Shown piece by piece: positions 28,161-36,483 of a stretch of DNA of 64,000 bases. The notes beneath the pieces were generated by a model. The model saw nothing but the letters and a program-made list of their open reading frames with translations. It had not been told where the DNA came from and did not search any database. Position 1 is the first letter of the stretch, and each line of letters opens with the position of its first letter. The stretch spans positions 5,489,643 to 5,553,642 of the forward strand of contig OZ241917.1 in NCBI GenBank assembly GCA_965203805.1, read 5' to 3'. The DNA comes from Candidatus Latescibacterota bacterium. GTDB taxonomy: Bacteria > Latescibacterota > UBA2968 > GCA-2709665. The position numbers were made by a program, and so were the translations under genes.

Positions 28161-29363
28161 CTACAGCCAGCCCGCGACGGTCCACATGGCGCTCAGCCGG
28201 CCGTAGGGCGCGTTGAGGAGTCTTCGGGCATCCGCCACGGGATCGCCGCCGTAGGTGCGCGTGAATTCGGCACGGATCCGTTCTTCCAGGCCTGTGGTTG
28301 CCTTCAGCGGGATGTCAACCCACCCGCCCCCCGTGTCGGCGCTTTCCCGCAGCGCCACCCACATTTCGTAGTCCAGCCGGCCACCGGTGGCGCCGTATTG
28401 CGGGTCTGTGTCGCGGGTGACGGCCGTGTGCAGGCTCTCGAGGATTGCGGCCTTCGCAACGTCGTCCTGGCTGGAGACCCTGTACGGCTTGTAGGGATTG
28501 TCCCAGGCGACCGGAGGGTCCGTGTCCACCTGAACCCTCGCGAGGATCTGTTCTCCATCGACTTCCTCGTATATTTCGCGAATGGGATAGGTCTCGCGCC
28601 CCGCCGGGTTGTAAAGCGTCAATTCGCCGCCCGAGAGGTAGCCGTTCAGACCTTCGATGTCCCAGTTCATGCCGGGCGCGGCGCCGGGGACGGTGGGCAT
28701 CTCGTAGATGCACGCCACGTCGTTTTCGAATTCGATCACGCCGCATTCCCACCAACGGGCCGTTTCGTCACCCCCGCCGTAGTTCTTGTAGGGCGGTACC
28801 TCTACTGCCTGCGCGTAGCCCATCGCGCGCCGGGGTCTGCTGTCCAGTATCGTCCGGACGGCGTTCAGACCGTGGTAACTTCCCGCGGGATACCGGAGAC
28901 GGGCATGGGTAAGCCTGCCCAGGATGCCTTCCCGTGCGATTTTCTGCTTGAGTCGCTCAGTGGGCCAGAGCCAGACGTTTTCGGCGACCTCCCATTTCAG
29001 TCCCCTTTCCCGTGCCGCGCGGTCAATTGCGTCCCCCACGTCCAGCGTGAGCGCATAGGGGATTTCGGTGACGATATGGCAACCGTGCGCAACGCCCGCG
29101 AGGGCCGCTACCGTCTGGCCGTCGGTGGGGAGCAGGACGAAAAAGACGTCCGGCTTCTGTTCCTCGAGCAGCGTGTCGATACACGTATAGCGGGCCGGAA
29201 CGTCGAACAATTCCCCCGCCGCGTGCAGGGCGTCTTCGCCGGCGTCGCAGATCGCGCAAAGGTCATAGAGATGCGCCAGCTTACGGATCGTGGCCAGGTA
29301 GCCCCTGGCGCGCGATCCCGGCTGGGCGCCGACACCCGCAACGGCCATGCGCAGCGTGGACAT
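28161..29363 (-). CDS. Gfo/Idh/MocA-family oxidoreductase
   Basis: 400 aa. N-terminal Rossmann region (RMAVAGVGAQPGSRARGY...) and a characteristic EIPYALT-type segment. General family call only. Confidence 0.65.
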   Translation of the reverse strand: MSTLRMAVAGVGAQPGSRARGYLATIRKLAHLYDLCAICDAGEDALHAAGELFDVPARYTCIDTLLEEQKPDVFFVLLPTDGQTVAALAGVAHGCHIVTEIPYALTLDVGDAIDRAARERGLKWEVAENVWLWPTERLKQKIAREGILGRLTHARLRYPAGSYHGLNAVRTILDSRPRRAMGYAQAVEVPPYKNYGGGDETARWWECGVIEFENDVACIYEMPTVPGAAPGMNWDIEGLNGYLSGGELTLYNPAGRETYPIREIYEEVDGEQILARVQVDTDPPVAWDNPYKPYRVSSQDDVAKAAILESLHTAVTRDTDPQYGATGGRLDYEMWVALRESADTGGGWVDIPLKATTGLEERIRAEFTRTYGGDPVADARRLLNAPYGRLSAMWTVAGWL

Positions 29364-29503
29364 GCGAAGGGTTCCTCGAGTATATCAGCGGCGACCGTCC
29401 CATGCGAGGCGATGACGCTGAGATCGGATCGCACGGCGCGTGATCGCGCGGCGCGGGCCTTCCACCGTGTACGGGAAAGATGGCTGAAACGCCGCAGATG
29501 CGG

Positions 29504-30313
29504 TCACGGGATGTGGTCTTCGGCGCTGTCCTGGGGGACAAAGCCGAGAACGTCCCTCGCATGGCCCATGTCTACCCAGCAGTACCTGTTGTTGGAGATG
29601 CTGTAGAAGATATCAAAGCGAAGATCGTCCGGAGCGTTGATACAGTCCTCGGTGATCTTCACGACGTCGCGCTGGCTGCACCAGACCGCGGAGAGTTCGG
29701 GGCCGGCCGGCCGGTCTTCGGCGTTGACAGCTCCGATCCGCAGGGAAATGCACGAGAGCCCGTGGACGTCGGCGTAGAATCGGGCCAGGGCTTCGCCCCA
29801 GACCTTGCTCGCGGAATAGGGTTCCGTGGGCCGCGTGGGGTCCTTGTGCGTTACGATGGGAATGGGATCGGGAACCTCGTCGAACCGGCACTCTCTGATG
29901 GCCTTGTAGGGTTCGTCGTCCTGATATCCCCAGTTGGTCATGATGGAACTGGCGTAGATGATCCGCCGGACCCCCGCGATGCGGCACGCTTCGAAGACGT
30001 TGTAGGCGCCGATCACGTTGCTCTTGAGGATGTTGTCCCAACTCGCATCGGGCCGGGGATCGGCGGCCATCTGGACGACCGTGTCCATGCCGTTGACGGC
30101 GTTCTGCACGGCTTCCGGGTCGGAAAGATCGGCGAGGTGGAATCTGTCGTCCGGGATGGTGAGTACACGCCCGTCGGGCGCCCGGTCGGAAGGATAGCGC
30201 CTGCGCGCGAGGGCGTAGGTGTCGTACGCGTCGGGCGACTGCATCAGATGCTCGTAGATGGCGCCGGGAATGAGCCCGTATACGCCGGTGACGAGGACTT
30301 TTCGGCGCGGCAT
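29504..30313 (-). CDS. NAD-dependent epimerase/dehydratase family protein
   Basis: 269 aa. KVLVTGVYGLIPGAIY (Rossmann) and YSASK (YxxxK). Confidence 0.7.
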   Translation of the reverse strand: MPRRKVLVTGVYGLIPGAIYEHLMQSPDAYDTYALARRRYPSDRAPDGRVLTIPDDRFHLADLSDPEAVQNAVNGMDTVVQMAADPRPDASWDNILKSNVIGAYNVFEACRIAGVRRIIYASSIMTNWGYQDDEPYKAIRECRFDEVPDPIPIVTHKDPTRPTEPYSASKVWGEALARFYADVHGLSCISLRIGAVNAEDRPAGPELSAVWCSQRDVVKITEDCINAPDDLRFDIFYSISNNRYCWVDMGHARDVLGFVPQDSAEDHIP

Positions 30314-30541
30314 GTCACCTCCATAGACCGATGGTTTCGAGGGAGAAAGTGTTCCGGTTGAATAATGGGTCTTTTAAGATAAATCCATATATTCTAAATG
30401 TTTACAACGATCGTGCTGAAATTCTGAACCGATGCGGACGTCCGAACCGTACCGATTCGGCCGGCGGATCAAGGTAACGAAAGCGTGTGAATCGCGAAAG
30501 AGAAAACGCAAGCGCCCGCCTCACGCGGGAAGCGCAAAACC

Positions 30542-30722
30542 GGTGAGACGGTAGACGTTAGACGGTAGATGACGTCCTTGCCCGATTGGATCTTTCTTAA
30601 TGCCTCCGGCACGAAATGAATCCGCACCGCGCAATCACATCCTCTAACGTCTACCCTCTCCCCTCTCACCGCCTTTAGGGCACTGATATCATCTCACGTC
30701 TCACCTCTCCCGTCTCCCCGCC
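30542..30722 (+). repeat. Foldback repeat family A, copy 3
   Basis: GGTGAGACGGTAGACGTTAGACGGTAGATGACGTCCTTGCCCGAT... GCAATCACATCCTCTAACGTCTACCC... CACTGATATCATCTCACGTCTCACCTCTCCCGTCTCCCCGCC. Collinear with copy 1. Confidence 0.75.
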
Positions 30723-30777
30723 TTTAGGAAATTTGGGGAAAAGGGGGTTTTGACTTTGATTTTCGCTTTTGATTCAA

Positions 30778-30812
30778 GCTGACGGCTGATGGCTGACGGC
30801 TGACAGCTGCTG
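30778..30812 (+). repeat. Five tandem heptamers (GCTGACG GCTGATG GCTGACG GCTGACA GCTGCTG) after the conserved TTGATTCAAGCTGAC block
   Basis: Read directly. The block TTGATTCAAGCTGAC (30769-30783) is shared with 7250-7264, and the heptamer run is degenerate in the first copy. Confidence 0.7.
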
Positions 30813-30849
30813 TTGCCGTGACCGGCCGATGGGGAGGAATTGAATTTCG

Positions 30850-30877
30850 TTGACACACGCCGTGACGATTCTATATT
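30850..30877 (+). promoter_or_regulatory. Near-consensus sigma70-type promoter (TTGACA-16 nt-TATATT) upstream of pyrH
   Basis: TTGACA at 30850-30855 and TATATT at 30872-30877, about 190 nt upstream of the pyrH ATG. Confidence 0.45.
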
Positions 30878-31065
30878 AAATCCGTATGGCATCCAGGACG
30901 GCGCCGCCGGGCGGCGTTCCGGATCAGGAGCTCCCGATATCCCCATCGGGTCGCCTCGTGACATCGGCATAACCGGTCTCCATCGTCTGTCCCCGGACCA
31001 ACCATTCTGTTTCACGAACCATCCCTCACTTTCTTCCCATCCGCACCCCGGAGTCTACCAGAATA

Positions 31066-31800
31066 ATGAGATACAGTCGAATTGTACTTAAATTGAGCGG
31101 CGCCGCCGTCGCGGGCGATCGGGAATTCGGATTCGATCCGGTCGCGCTGGAGTACATTGCGGATGAGATCCTGGCCGTGCACAGCATGGGCGTCGGCGTG
31201 GGCGTCGTTATCGGCGGCGGCAACATTTTCAGGGGGATGCTCGGCGCACAATGGGGAATCGAAGAGTCTGAAGCCCACAACATCGGTATGCTGGGTACGA
31301 TCGTCAACAGCCTGATGTTGCGCGGCGTGATGACCGCCAGGAGCGACGCCGAAGTGCGGGTGATGACGGCAATTCCGATCAACGCGGTCGCGGAACCCTT
31401 TATCCGGTTGCGCGCCATTCACCATATCGAAAAGGGATATATCGTGATCTTCGCCGGGGGCATTGGCAATCCGTACGTGACAACGGATTATCCCGGTGTG
31501 CAGCGCGCCCTGGAAATTCGGGCCGATGCCATTCTCTTCGCGAAACACAAGACCGCCGGCGTCTACACCGACGATCCGAACAGGAGTCCCGAGGCGCGCC
31601 TGTATCGCAGCGTCGACTACGATACCGTCGTGCGGGAAAACCTGGGCGCGCTGGACCAGTCCGCGGTCATTCTTGCCCGCGACAACCGGCTCCCCATCCA
31701 TGTCTTCGATTTTGACACGCGCGGGACGATGCGCCGGATTCTGGAGGGCGAAGACCTGGGTACGGTGATCGCGCATGGTTCCGGAGACGAGTTGGCATAA
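31066..31800 (+). CDS. pyrH: UMP kinase
   Basis: 244 aa. RIVLKLSGAAVAG...VGVVIGGGNIFRG... Confidence 0.9.
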   Translation: MRYSRIVLKLSGAAVAGDREFGFDPVALEYIADEILAVHSMGVGVGVVIGGGNIFRGMLGAQWGIEESEAHNIGMLGTIVNSLMLRGVMTARSDAEVRVMTAIPINAVAEPFIRLRAIHHIEKGYIVIFAGGIGNPYVTTDYPGVQRALEIRADAILFAKHKTAGVYTDDPNRSPEARLYRSVDYDTVVRENLGALDQSAVILARDNRLPIHVFDFDTRGTMRRILEGEDLGTVIAHGSGDELA

Positions 31801-31853
31801 CGGCAGCCGCGAGGGATCGCGCAGGTAGAGATGAATCCGAATTCGGGGGAATC

Positions 31854-33140
31854 GTGCCAATGAAAGTCCTGATTGTGGGAAAGGGAGGCCGCGAGCACGC
31901 GTTTGCGTGGAAGATCTCCCGGAGTCCGAAGGTAAGCGGCATCTATGCCGCTCCGGGCAACCCCGGTATGGCAAGACATGCCACCTGCGTGGACATAGGC
32001 GTCGACGATCTTGACGGTCTGGTGGAATTCGCACTGCGGGAGCGGATCGATCTGACCGTGGTCGGGCCGGAGGACCCGCTTGCGGACGGAATTGCAGACC
32101 GTTTCGAAGCGGTCGGCCTCCGCGTGTTCGGCCCCTCGCGGCAAGCCGCCCGGATTGAGGCCGATAAGGATTTCGCGCTCCGCCTGATGCACAAATACGA
32201 CATTCCAACCGGGCAGTATCGGACGTTTACGGACCCGGATGCCGCGCGCGGGTTCGTCCGGGATTGGGGGGCGCCGGTGGTGTTGAAAGCATCGGGTCTG
32301 GCCGCGGGAAAGGGCGCGCTCGTGTGTGCTTCGGTCGACGAGGCGCTGCGTGCCGTGAACCGGGTGATGGTGGACCGGGAATTCGGCGCCGCGGGAGATA
32401 AGCTGGTCGTTATGGAATACCTTGCGGGCGAGGAAGCGTCGATTACCGGGTTTACCGACGGTGAACACGTGGTGTGCATCGTGCCGTCGCAGGACCACAA
32501 GACCATTGGCGAGGGCGATACCGGCCCCAATACCGGCGGGATGGGCGCGTACGCGCCGGCGCCCGTGGTGACGCGGGAGATGCAGCAGTCCATTCTGGAA
32601 CGCGTGATGATTCCCACCGTGAAGGCGCTGGCCGCGGAAGGGAGGCCCTACAAGGGGATCCTCTATGGCGGCCTGATCATTACGGAGCGCGGCCCCCGGG
32701 TCATTGAATTCAACTGCCGCCTGGGCGACCCGGAGGCGCAGGTGGTGCTGCCGCTGCTCAAGACCGATCTTGTCGATATTATGGTGGCGGTGTCCGACGG
32801 CACGCTCGAAGACCTGGAGATCGAACTGGACAGCCGGGCCGCGACCTGCGTCGTTCTGGCCTCCGGAGGGTATCCCGGCGAGGTTGAAACGGGAGTTGCC
32901 ATTTCGGGCCTGGACGAGGCGGAGGCACTGGACGACGTGCTGGTGTTTCACGCGGGTACGGAGCGGAATGAAGGGACAACGGTGACCGCCGGCGGCAGGG
33001 TCCTTGGCGTTACGGCCATCGGGGAGGACATTCGCGATTCGGTCCATCGTGCTTACGAGGCGGTCGCGAAGATAGAGTTCGACAATGCAACCTACCGGAG
33101 GGACATCGGATACCGCGCGTTGGCGCGACAGGAGGTGTGA
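31854..33140 (+). CDS. purD: Phosphoribosylamine--glycine ligase
   Basis: 428 aa. The start is more likely the ATG at 31860 (MKVLIVGKGGREHAFAWK). ATP-grasp motifs are present throughout. Confidence 0.9.
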   Translation: MPMKVLIVGKGGREHAFAWKISRSPKVSGIYAAPGNPGMARHATCVDIGVDDLDGLVEFALRERIDLTVVGPEDPLADGIADRFEAVGLRVFGPSRQAARIEADKDFALRLMHKYDIPTGQYRTFTDPDAARGFVRDWGAPVVLKASGLAAGKGALVCASVDEALRAVNRVMVDREFGAAGDKLVVMEYLAGEEASITGFTDGEHVVCIVPSQDHKTIGEGDTGPNTGGMGAYAPAPVVTREMQQSILERVMIPTVKALAAEGRPYKGILYGGLIITERGPRVIEFNCRLGDPEAQVVLPLLKTDLVDIMVAVSDGTLEDLEIELDSRAATCVVLASGGYPGEVETGVAISGLDEAEALDDVLVFHAGTERNEGTTVTAGGRVLGVTAIGEDIRDSVHRAYEAVAKIEFDNATYRRDIGYRALARQEV

Positions 33141-33197
33141 GATCTCCGGTCCGACGTTTCGGCGGATTTTCTGACCGATGCGTTCAGGGCGCAGGCG

Positions 33198-33410
33198 TTG
33201 CGGATCATGGGATATCGAACGGACGTCGTGGAGTTCGTGGATCCGGATCGCACCGCGAAAAACCTCATGATTCGCGCATTGAAGACGTCGCCCCCCGGCG
33301 ACGCGGAGGCTGTGGATTCCTATCGGAAACTGAAGGCATTCTGGAACGTCTCGCCGAGCATCGAACGGCTGCTCGGCAAGCCGTTCACGCGGATGGTGGA
33401 AGCTGTCTGA
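33198..33410 (+). CDS. Small ORF of uncertain status (possible methyltransferase-tail remnant)
   Basis: 70 aa, in the same frame as purD. The frame is open from the purD TGA onward. ...MGYRTDVVEFVDPDRTAKNLMIRALK resembles the C-terminal tail of class I SAM methyltransferases, by recollection only. Confidence 0.25.
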   Translation: MRIMGYRTDVVEFVDPDRTAKNLMIRALKTSPPGDAEAVDSYRKLKAFWNVSPSIERLLGKPFTRMVEAV

Positions 33411-33482
33411 GGCGCCGGCGCCGCGATGGAATTGTGAAACCGGCAGCGAGTCGTTCAAACGTCACAGAGGAGGAAGAGGATT

Positions 33483-33929
33483 GTGGTAGGCATAATTATG
33501 GGCAGCAAGTCCGACGAACAGATCATGCAGAAGGCAATACCCATGTTGGAAGAATTCGGTATACCGTACGAGATGACGGTGTCGTCCGCGCATCGGAACC
33601 CCGAACGGACGGGCGAGTATGCGCGCACCGCCGAGGCGCGCGGTCTCAAAGTCATTATCGCCGGGGCGGGCCTGGCGGCTGCGCTGCCCGGCGTGATGGC
33701 GGCGCATTCCACGTTGCCCGTAATCGGAGTGCCGGTCGCCTCCGGGGCGCTGAACGGGATCGATTCGCTGTACGCGATCGTACAGATGCCGCCGGGAGTG
33801 CCCGTGGCCTGCGTGGGGATCGACAACGCGAGAAACGCCGCCGTGCTTGCCGCGCAGATCATCGCGCAGACGGACGCGGGCGTCAAGGAAAAACTGGACG
33901 CCTACAAGAAGGCCCTCGCGGAGGGGTAG
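33483..33929 (+). CDS. purE: N5-carboxyaminoimidazole ribonucleotide mutase
   Basis: 148 aa. GTG start after a [46 protein letters not shown]. Confidence 0.9.
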   Translation: MVGIIMGSKSDEQIMQKAIPMLEEFGIPYEMTVSSAHRNPERTGEYARTAEARGLKVIIAGAGLAAALPGVMAAHSTLPVIGVPVASGALNGIDSLYAIVQMPPGVPVACVGIDNARNAAVLAAQIIAQTDAGVKEKLDAYKKALAEG

Positions 33930-33958
33930 GTTCGGATATCGACCGATTGGAGATTGGA

Positions 33959-33992
33959 GGCGCATGCCGTGAGGGATGCGCCTTTTCTCTTT
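33959..33992. terminator. Intrinsic terminator between purE and the convergent ybdK-like gene
   Basis: GGCGCAT...ATGCGCC stem followed by TTTTCTCTTT. Confidence 0.55.
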
Positions 33993-34015
33993 GGGAGCGA
34001 TCGGGCCGGGCGGAG

Positions 34016-35143
34016 TCAGGCAGGGGATGTCAGTCGGGAGGCGGCGGTCATTTCCCGCACCACCGACCGGGCATCGCCGGTCCTGTTCAGGATTTCCACC
34101 TGCCGCTGGGCCCAGGTCGGCCTGGCGGCAAGGTCCAGATTCCTCTCCAGATAGGAAACGCAATCCAGGTCATCGGCCGTCGGTTTCAGCTGATCCACGA
34201 GGCGCCTGACCATTTCCCGCGCCGGCTGCAACTGGTAGGTATCGGAGTCGACGAGTTGGGCATCGAGCCCGTAACGGGCGGCGCGCCACTTGTTCTGCCG
34301 GATGAGCATCGGGTGGCAGTCGTGCTGATAGGCGCCGTGGTCGATGTGGTCGGAGAGGTATTTTACAAGGGACTGGATCAGGGCGACCAGGCCCAGGGTA
34401 TCGTGGAAGTTGCCTGGAATGTCGCAGATGCGGATCTCGACCGTACCGAATTTGTTGTGGGGTCGGACGTCCCACCAGATTTCCCGGATGGTCTCGATAT
34501 AGCCGGTTTCCACGAGGTGGTTCACCAGCCAGACGTATTCACTCCAGTTGCGCATCAGCGGCGGCAGCCCGGCGGTGGGCAGACCGTCCATGATCTTGGA
34601 CCGCCAGGAGCAGACCCCGGTATTCCGGCCCTCCCAGAAGGGACTGTTGCAGCTCGACGCCAGAAGGAGCGGCATGTAACGCAGGATGAATTCGCAGATC
34701 ATGACCGCCTTGTCGCCGCTGTCCACGCCCACGTGCACGTGCAGCCCGAACGTGACCAGCTGGCGCGCCGTGTCCTGCAGGAGGTCCACCAGGCCGGCGT
34801 ATCGCTTGTTGGGCGTGATCTCTTGGTCTCGCCACGTCGAAAACGGATGGGTTGCAGACCAGAAGAGTCTCACGTCCTCCCGATCGGCGACGGCCTCGAG
34901 CGCGCGCAATTTCTCCCTGAGATCGGCTTCGACCTCCTTGAGGTTCATGCAGACGTCGGAGTTGATCTCCACGTAACACTGCATCAACTCAGGCTTGATC
35001 GTTCCCTCGAGTTGGGGCGGGACCCGCGCGATGAGCCCCTGGCTGGCGCTGCGCAGGGCCATCGTGCGAGAGTCCACGAGCGCAAGCTCGATCTCCACGC
35101 CGACCGTGGGTTCCAGGCTGGGGTTGAACTCCATTCGGCTCAT
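34016..35143 (-). CDS. Carboxylate-amine ligase, glutamate-cysteine ligase family 2 (YbdK-like)
   Basis: ORF 34016..35290. I prefer the ATG at 35143 (MSRMEFNPSLEPTVGVEIELALVD), which forms an ATGA overlap with the stop of the upstream amidohydrolase. FGLHVHVGV motif present. Confidence 0.8.
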   Translation of the reverse strand: MSRMEFNPSLEPTVGVEIELALVDSRTMALRSASQGLIARVPPQLEGTIKPELMQCYVEINSDVCMNLKEVEADLREKLRALEAVADREDVRLFWSATHPFSTWRDQEITPNKRYAGLVDLLQDTARQLVTFGLHVHVGVDSGDKAVMICEFILRYMPLLLASSCNSPFWEGRNTGVCSWRSKIMDGLPTAGLPPLMRNWSEYVWLVNHLVETGYIETIREIWWDVRPHNKFGTVEIRICDIPGNFHDTLGLVALIQSLVKYLSDHIDHGAYQHDCHPMLIRQNKWRAARYGLDAQLVDSDTYQLQPAREMVRRLVDQLKPTADDLDCVSYLERNLDLAARPTWAQRQVEILNRTGDARSVVREMTAASRLTSPA

Positions 35144-36411
35144 TGATCTGCCTCTTTGTCGTGAGTTTTCGGTTCCGACCATGACACGACCGCGCGCGCC
35201 AGAATCTTCGCGCCGATGCCCAGGGCGCGTTCGTCGATGTCGAAGTCCGGCGAATGCAGGCCGGTCACCGGCGCTCCGGGAGCCGAGCATCCGAGGCGAA
35301 ACAGGCTGCCCGGCACGCGGTTGAGATAGTGGGCGAAATCATCGCCTCCCATGCTGGGCTGCCCGATGCGCTGGACCCGGTCGGGCCCGAGCAGATCGGC
35401 CGCGCATTCCCGGATCAGATCGGTCAGCCCCGGATCGTTCACGACCGATGGGGGCCCCGACCTGAACGTGATGTCGATTTCCGTGCCGGACGCGCGCGAA
35501 ACCCCCGCCCCGACCTCCCGCACGCGTTCCAGCGCCCGGCGACGCGCTTCTTTGTCGAGGCTGCGTACGGTGCCCTTGAGCACCGCACGGTCGGGAATCG
35601 CATTGTAACGGGTTCCGGCTGTTACGGAGCCGACCGTAAGTACCACGGTATGCCGCGGATCGAGCGACCTCGGCACAGCCACGTAGAACGCGTTGATCAA
35701 CTGCGCCGCCGCGGCAATGGGGTCCCTGGACTCATAGGGTCTTGCGGCGTGGCCGCCGCTGCCCCGGACGAGCACGTGCATCTCGTCGCAATGCGCGGTC
35801 ATGACGCCGGATCGATGCCCGATGGTTCCCGCGGGACGCGACGGGTCCACGTGGAGCGCCAGCATCGCGTTGACGCCGTCGAGCGCGCCGGCTTCGATCA
35901 TTTCCAGCGCGCCCTGGTTGGTCTCTTCGGCCGGCTGAAAGACCGCCCGCCAGGAAACGGGCCAGGGCAGTGTTCCGGATTCTCCGGCGGCGTGGAGCGC
36001 CAGCGCGGCCCCCAGCACCGCTGCGGCGTGGGCGTCGTGGCCGCAGGCGTGCATCGCTCCGCGCACACTGCTGCGATAGTCGACGGCTTTGGCGTCCTGT
36101 ATGGGGAGCGCGTCCAGGTCGGCCCTCACGGCGATTCTGGGCCCGGACCCGTTCCCGGGGGACTCGGCGATCACCCCGCGGCCGGCGGGGCCCGTGCGGA
36201 CGTGGAAGCCGCCGGACACCAACTGCGCTTCCAGATACCGGGTGGTCTCCGTTTCCTCGCCGCTTACCTCGGGATGGGTATGGAGATGCCGCCTGGTCTG
36301 CACCATGCGGTCCCGCAACGCATCGACGGTACGGTCGAGTTGCGTGATCCATTCTTTCTGATCTGACATTGACGACGTGTTCATCCCGAAAGTAGCTGAA
36401 AGGAATTTCAA
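35140..36411 (-). CDS. M20D-family amidohydrolase (N-acyl-amino acid amidohydrolase / hippuricase-like)
   Basis: 423 aa. RRHLHTHPEVSGEE, MHACGHDAHAA, VFQPAEE. Confidence 0.8.
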   Translation of the reverse strand: MKFLSATFGMNTSSMSDQKEWITQLDRTVDALRDRMVQTRRHLHTHPEVSGEETETTRYLEAQLVSGGFHVRTGPAGRGVIAESPGNGSGPRIAVRADLDALPIQDAKAVDYRSSVRGAMHACGHDAHAAAVLGAALALHAAGESGTLPWPVSWRAVFQPAEETNQGALEMIEAGALDGVNAMLALHVDPSRPAGTIGHRSGVMTAHCDEMHVLVRGSGGHAARPYESRDPIAAAAQLINAFYVAVPRSLDPRHTVVLTVGSVTAGTRYNAIPDRAVLKGTVRSLDKEARRRALERVREVGAGVSRASGTEIDITFRSGPPSVVNDPGLTDLIRECAADLLGPDRVQRIGQPSMGGDDFAHYLNRVPGSLFRLGCSAPGAPVTGLHSPDFDIDERALGIGAKILARAVVSWSEPKTHDKEADQ

Positions 36412-36483
36412 AAGGGCGTTGGGCGCTATCGTCGAACTTCATCCAGGGACGAGTCCGCCCCGCAAGCGCTATCCGGCCCGTGT

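Noticed and set aside
30878-31065. PyrR-type attenuator in the pyrH leader (CATCCAGGACGGCG compared with the ARUCCAGAGAGGCU binding loop).
   Set aside because: The match to the PyrR box is only partial. No terminator/antiterminator alternative is evident and no pyrR gene lies in the window.
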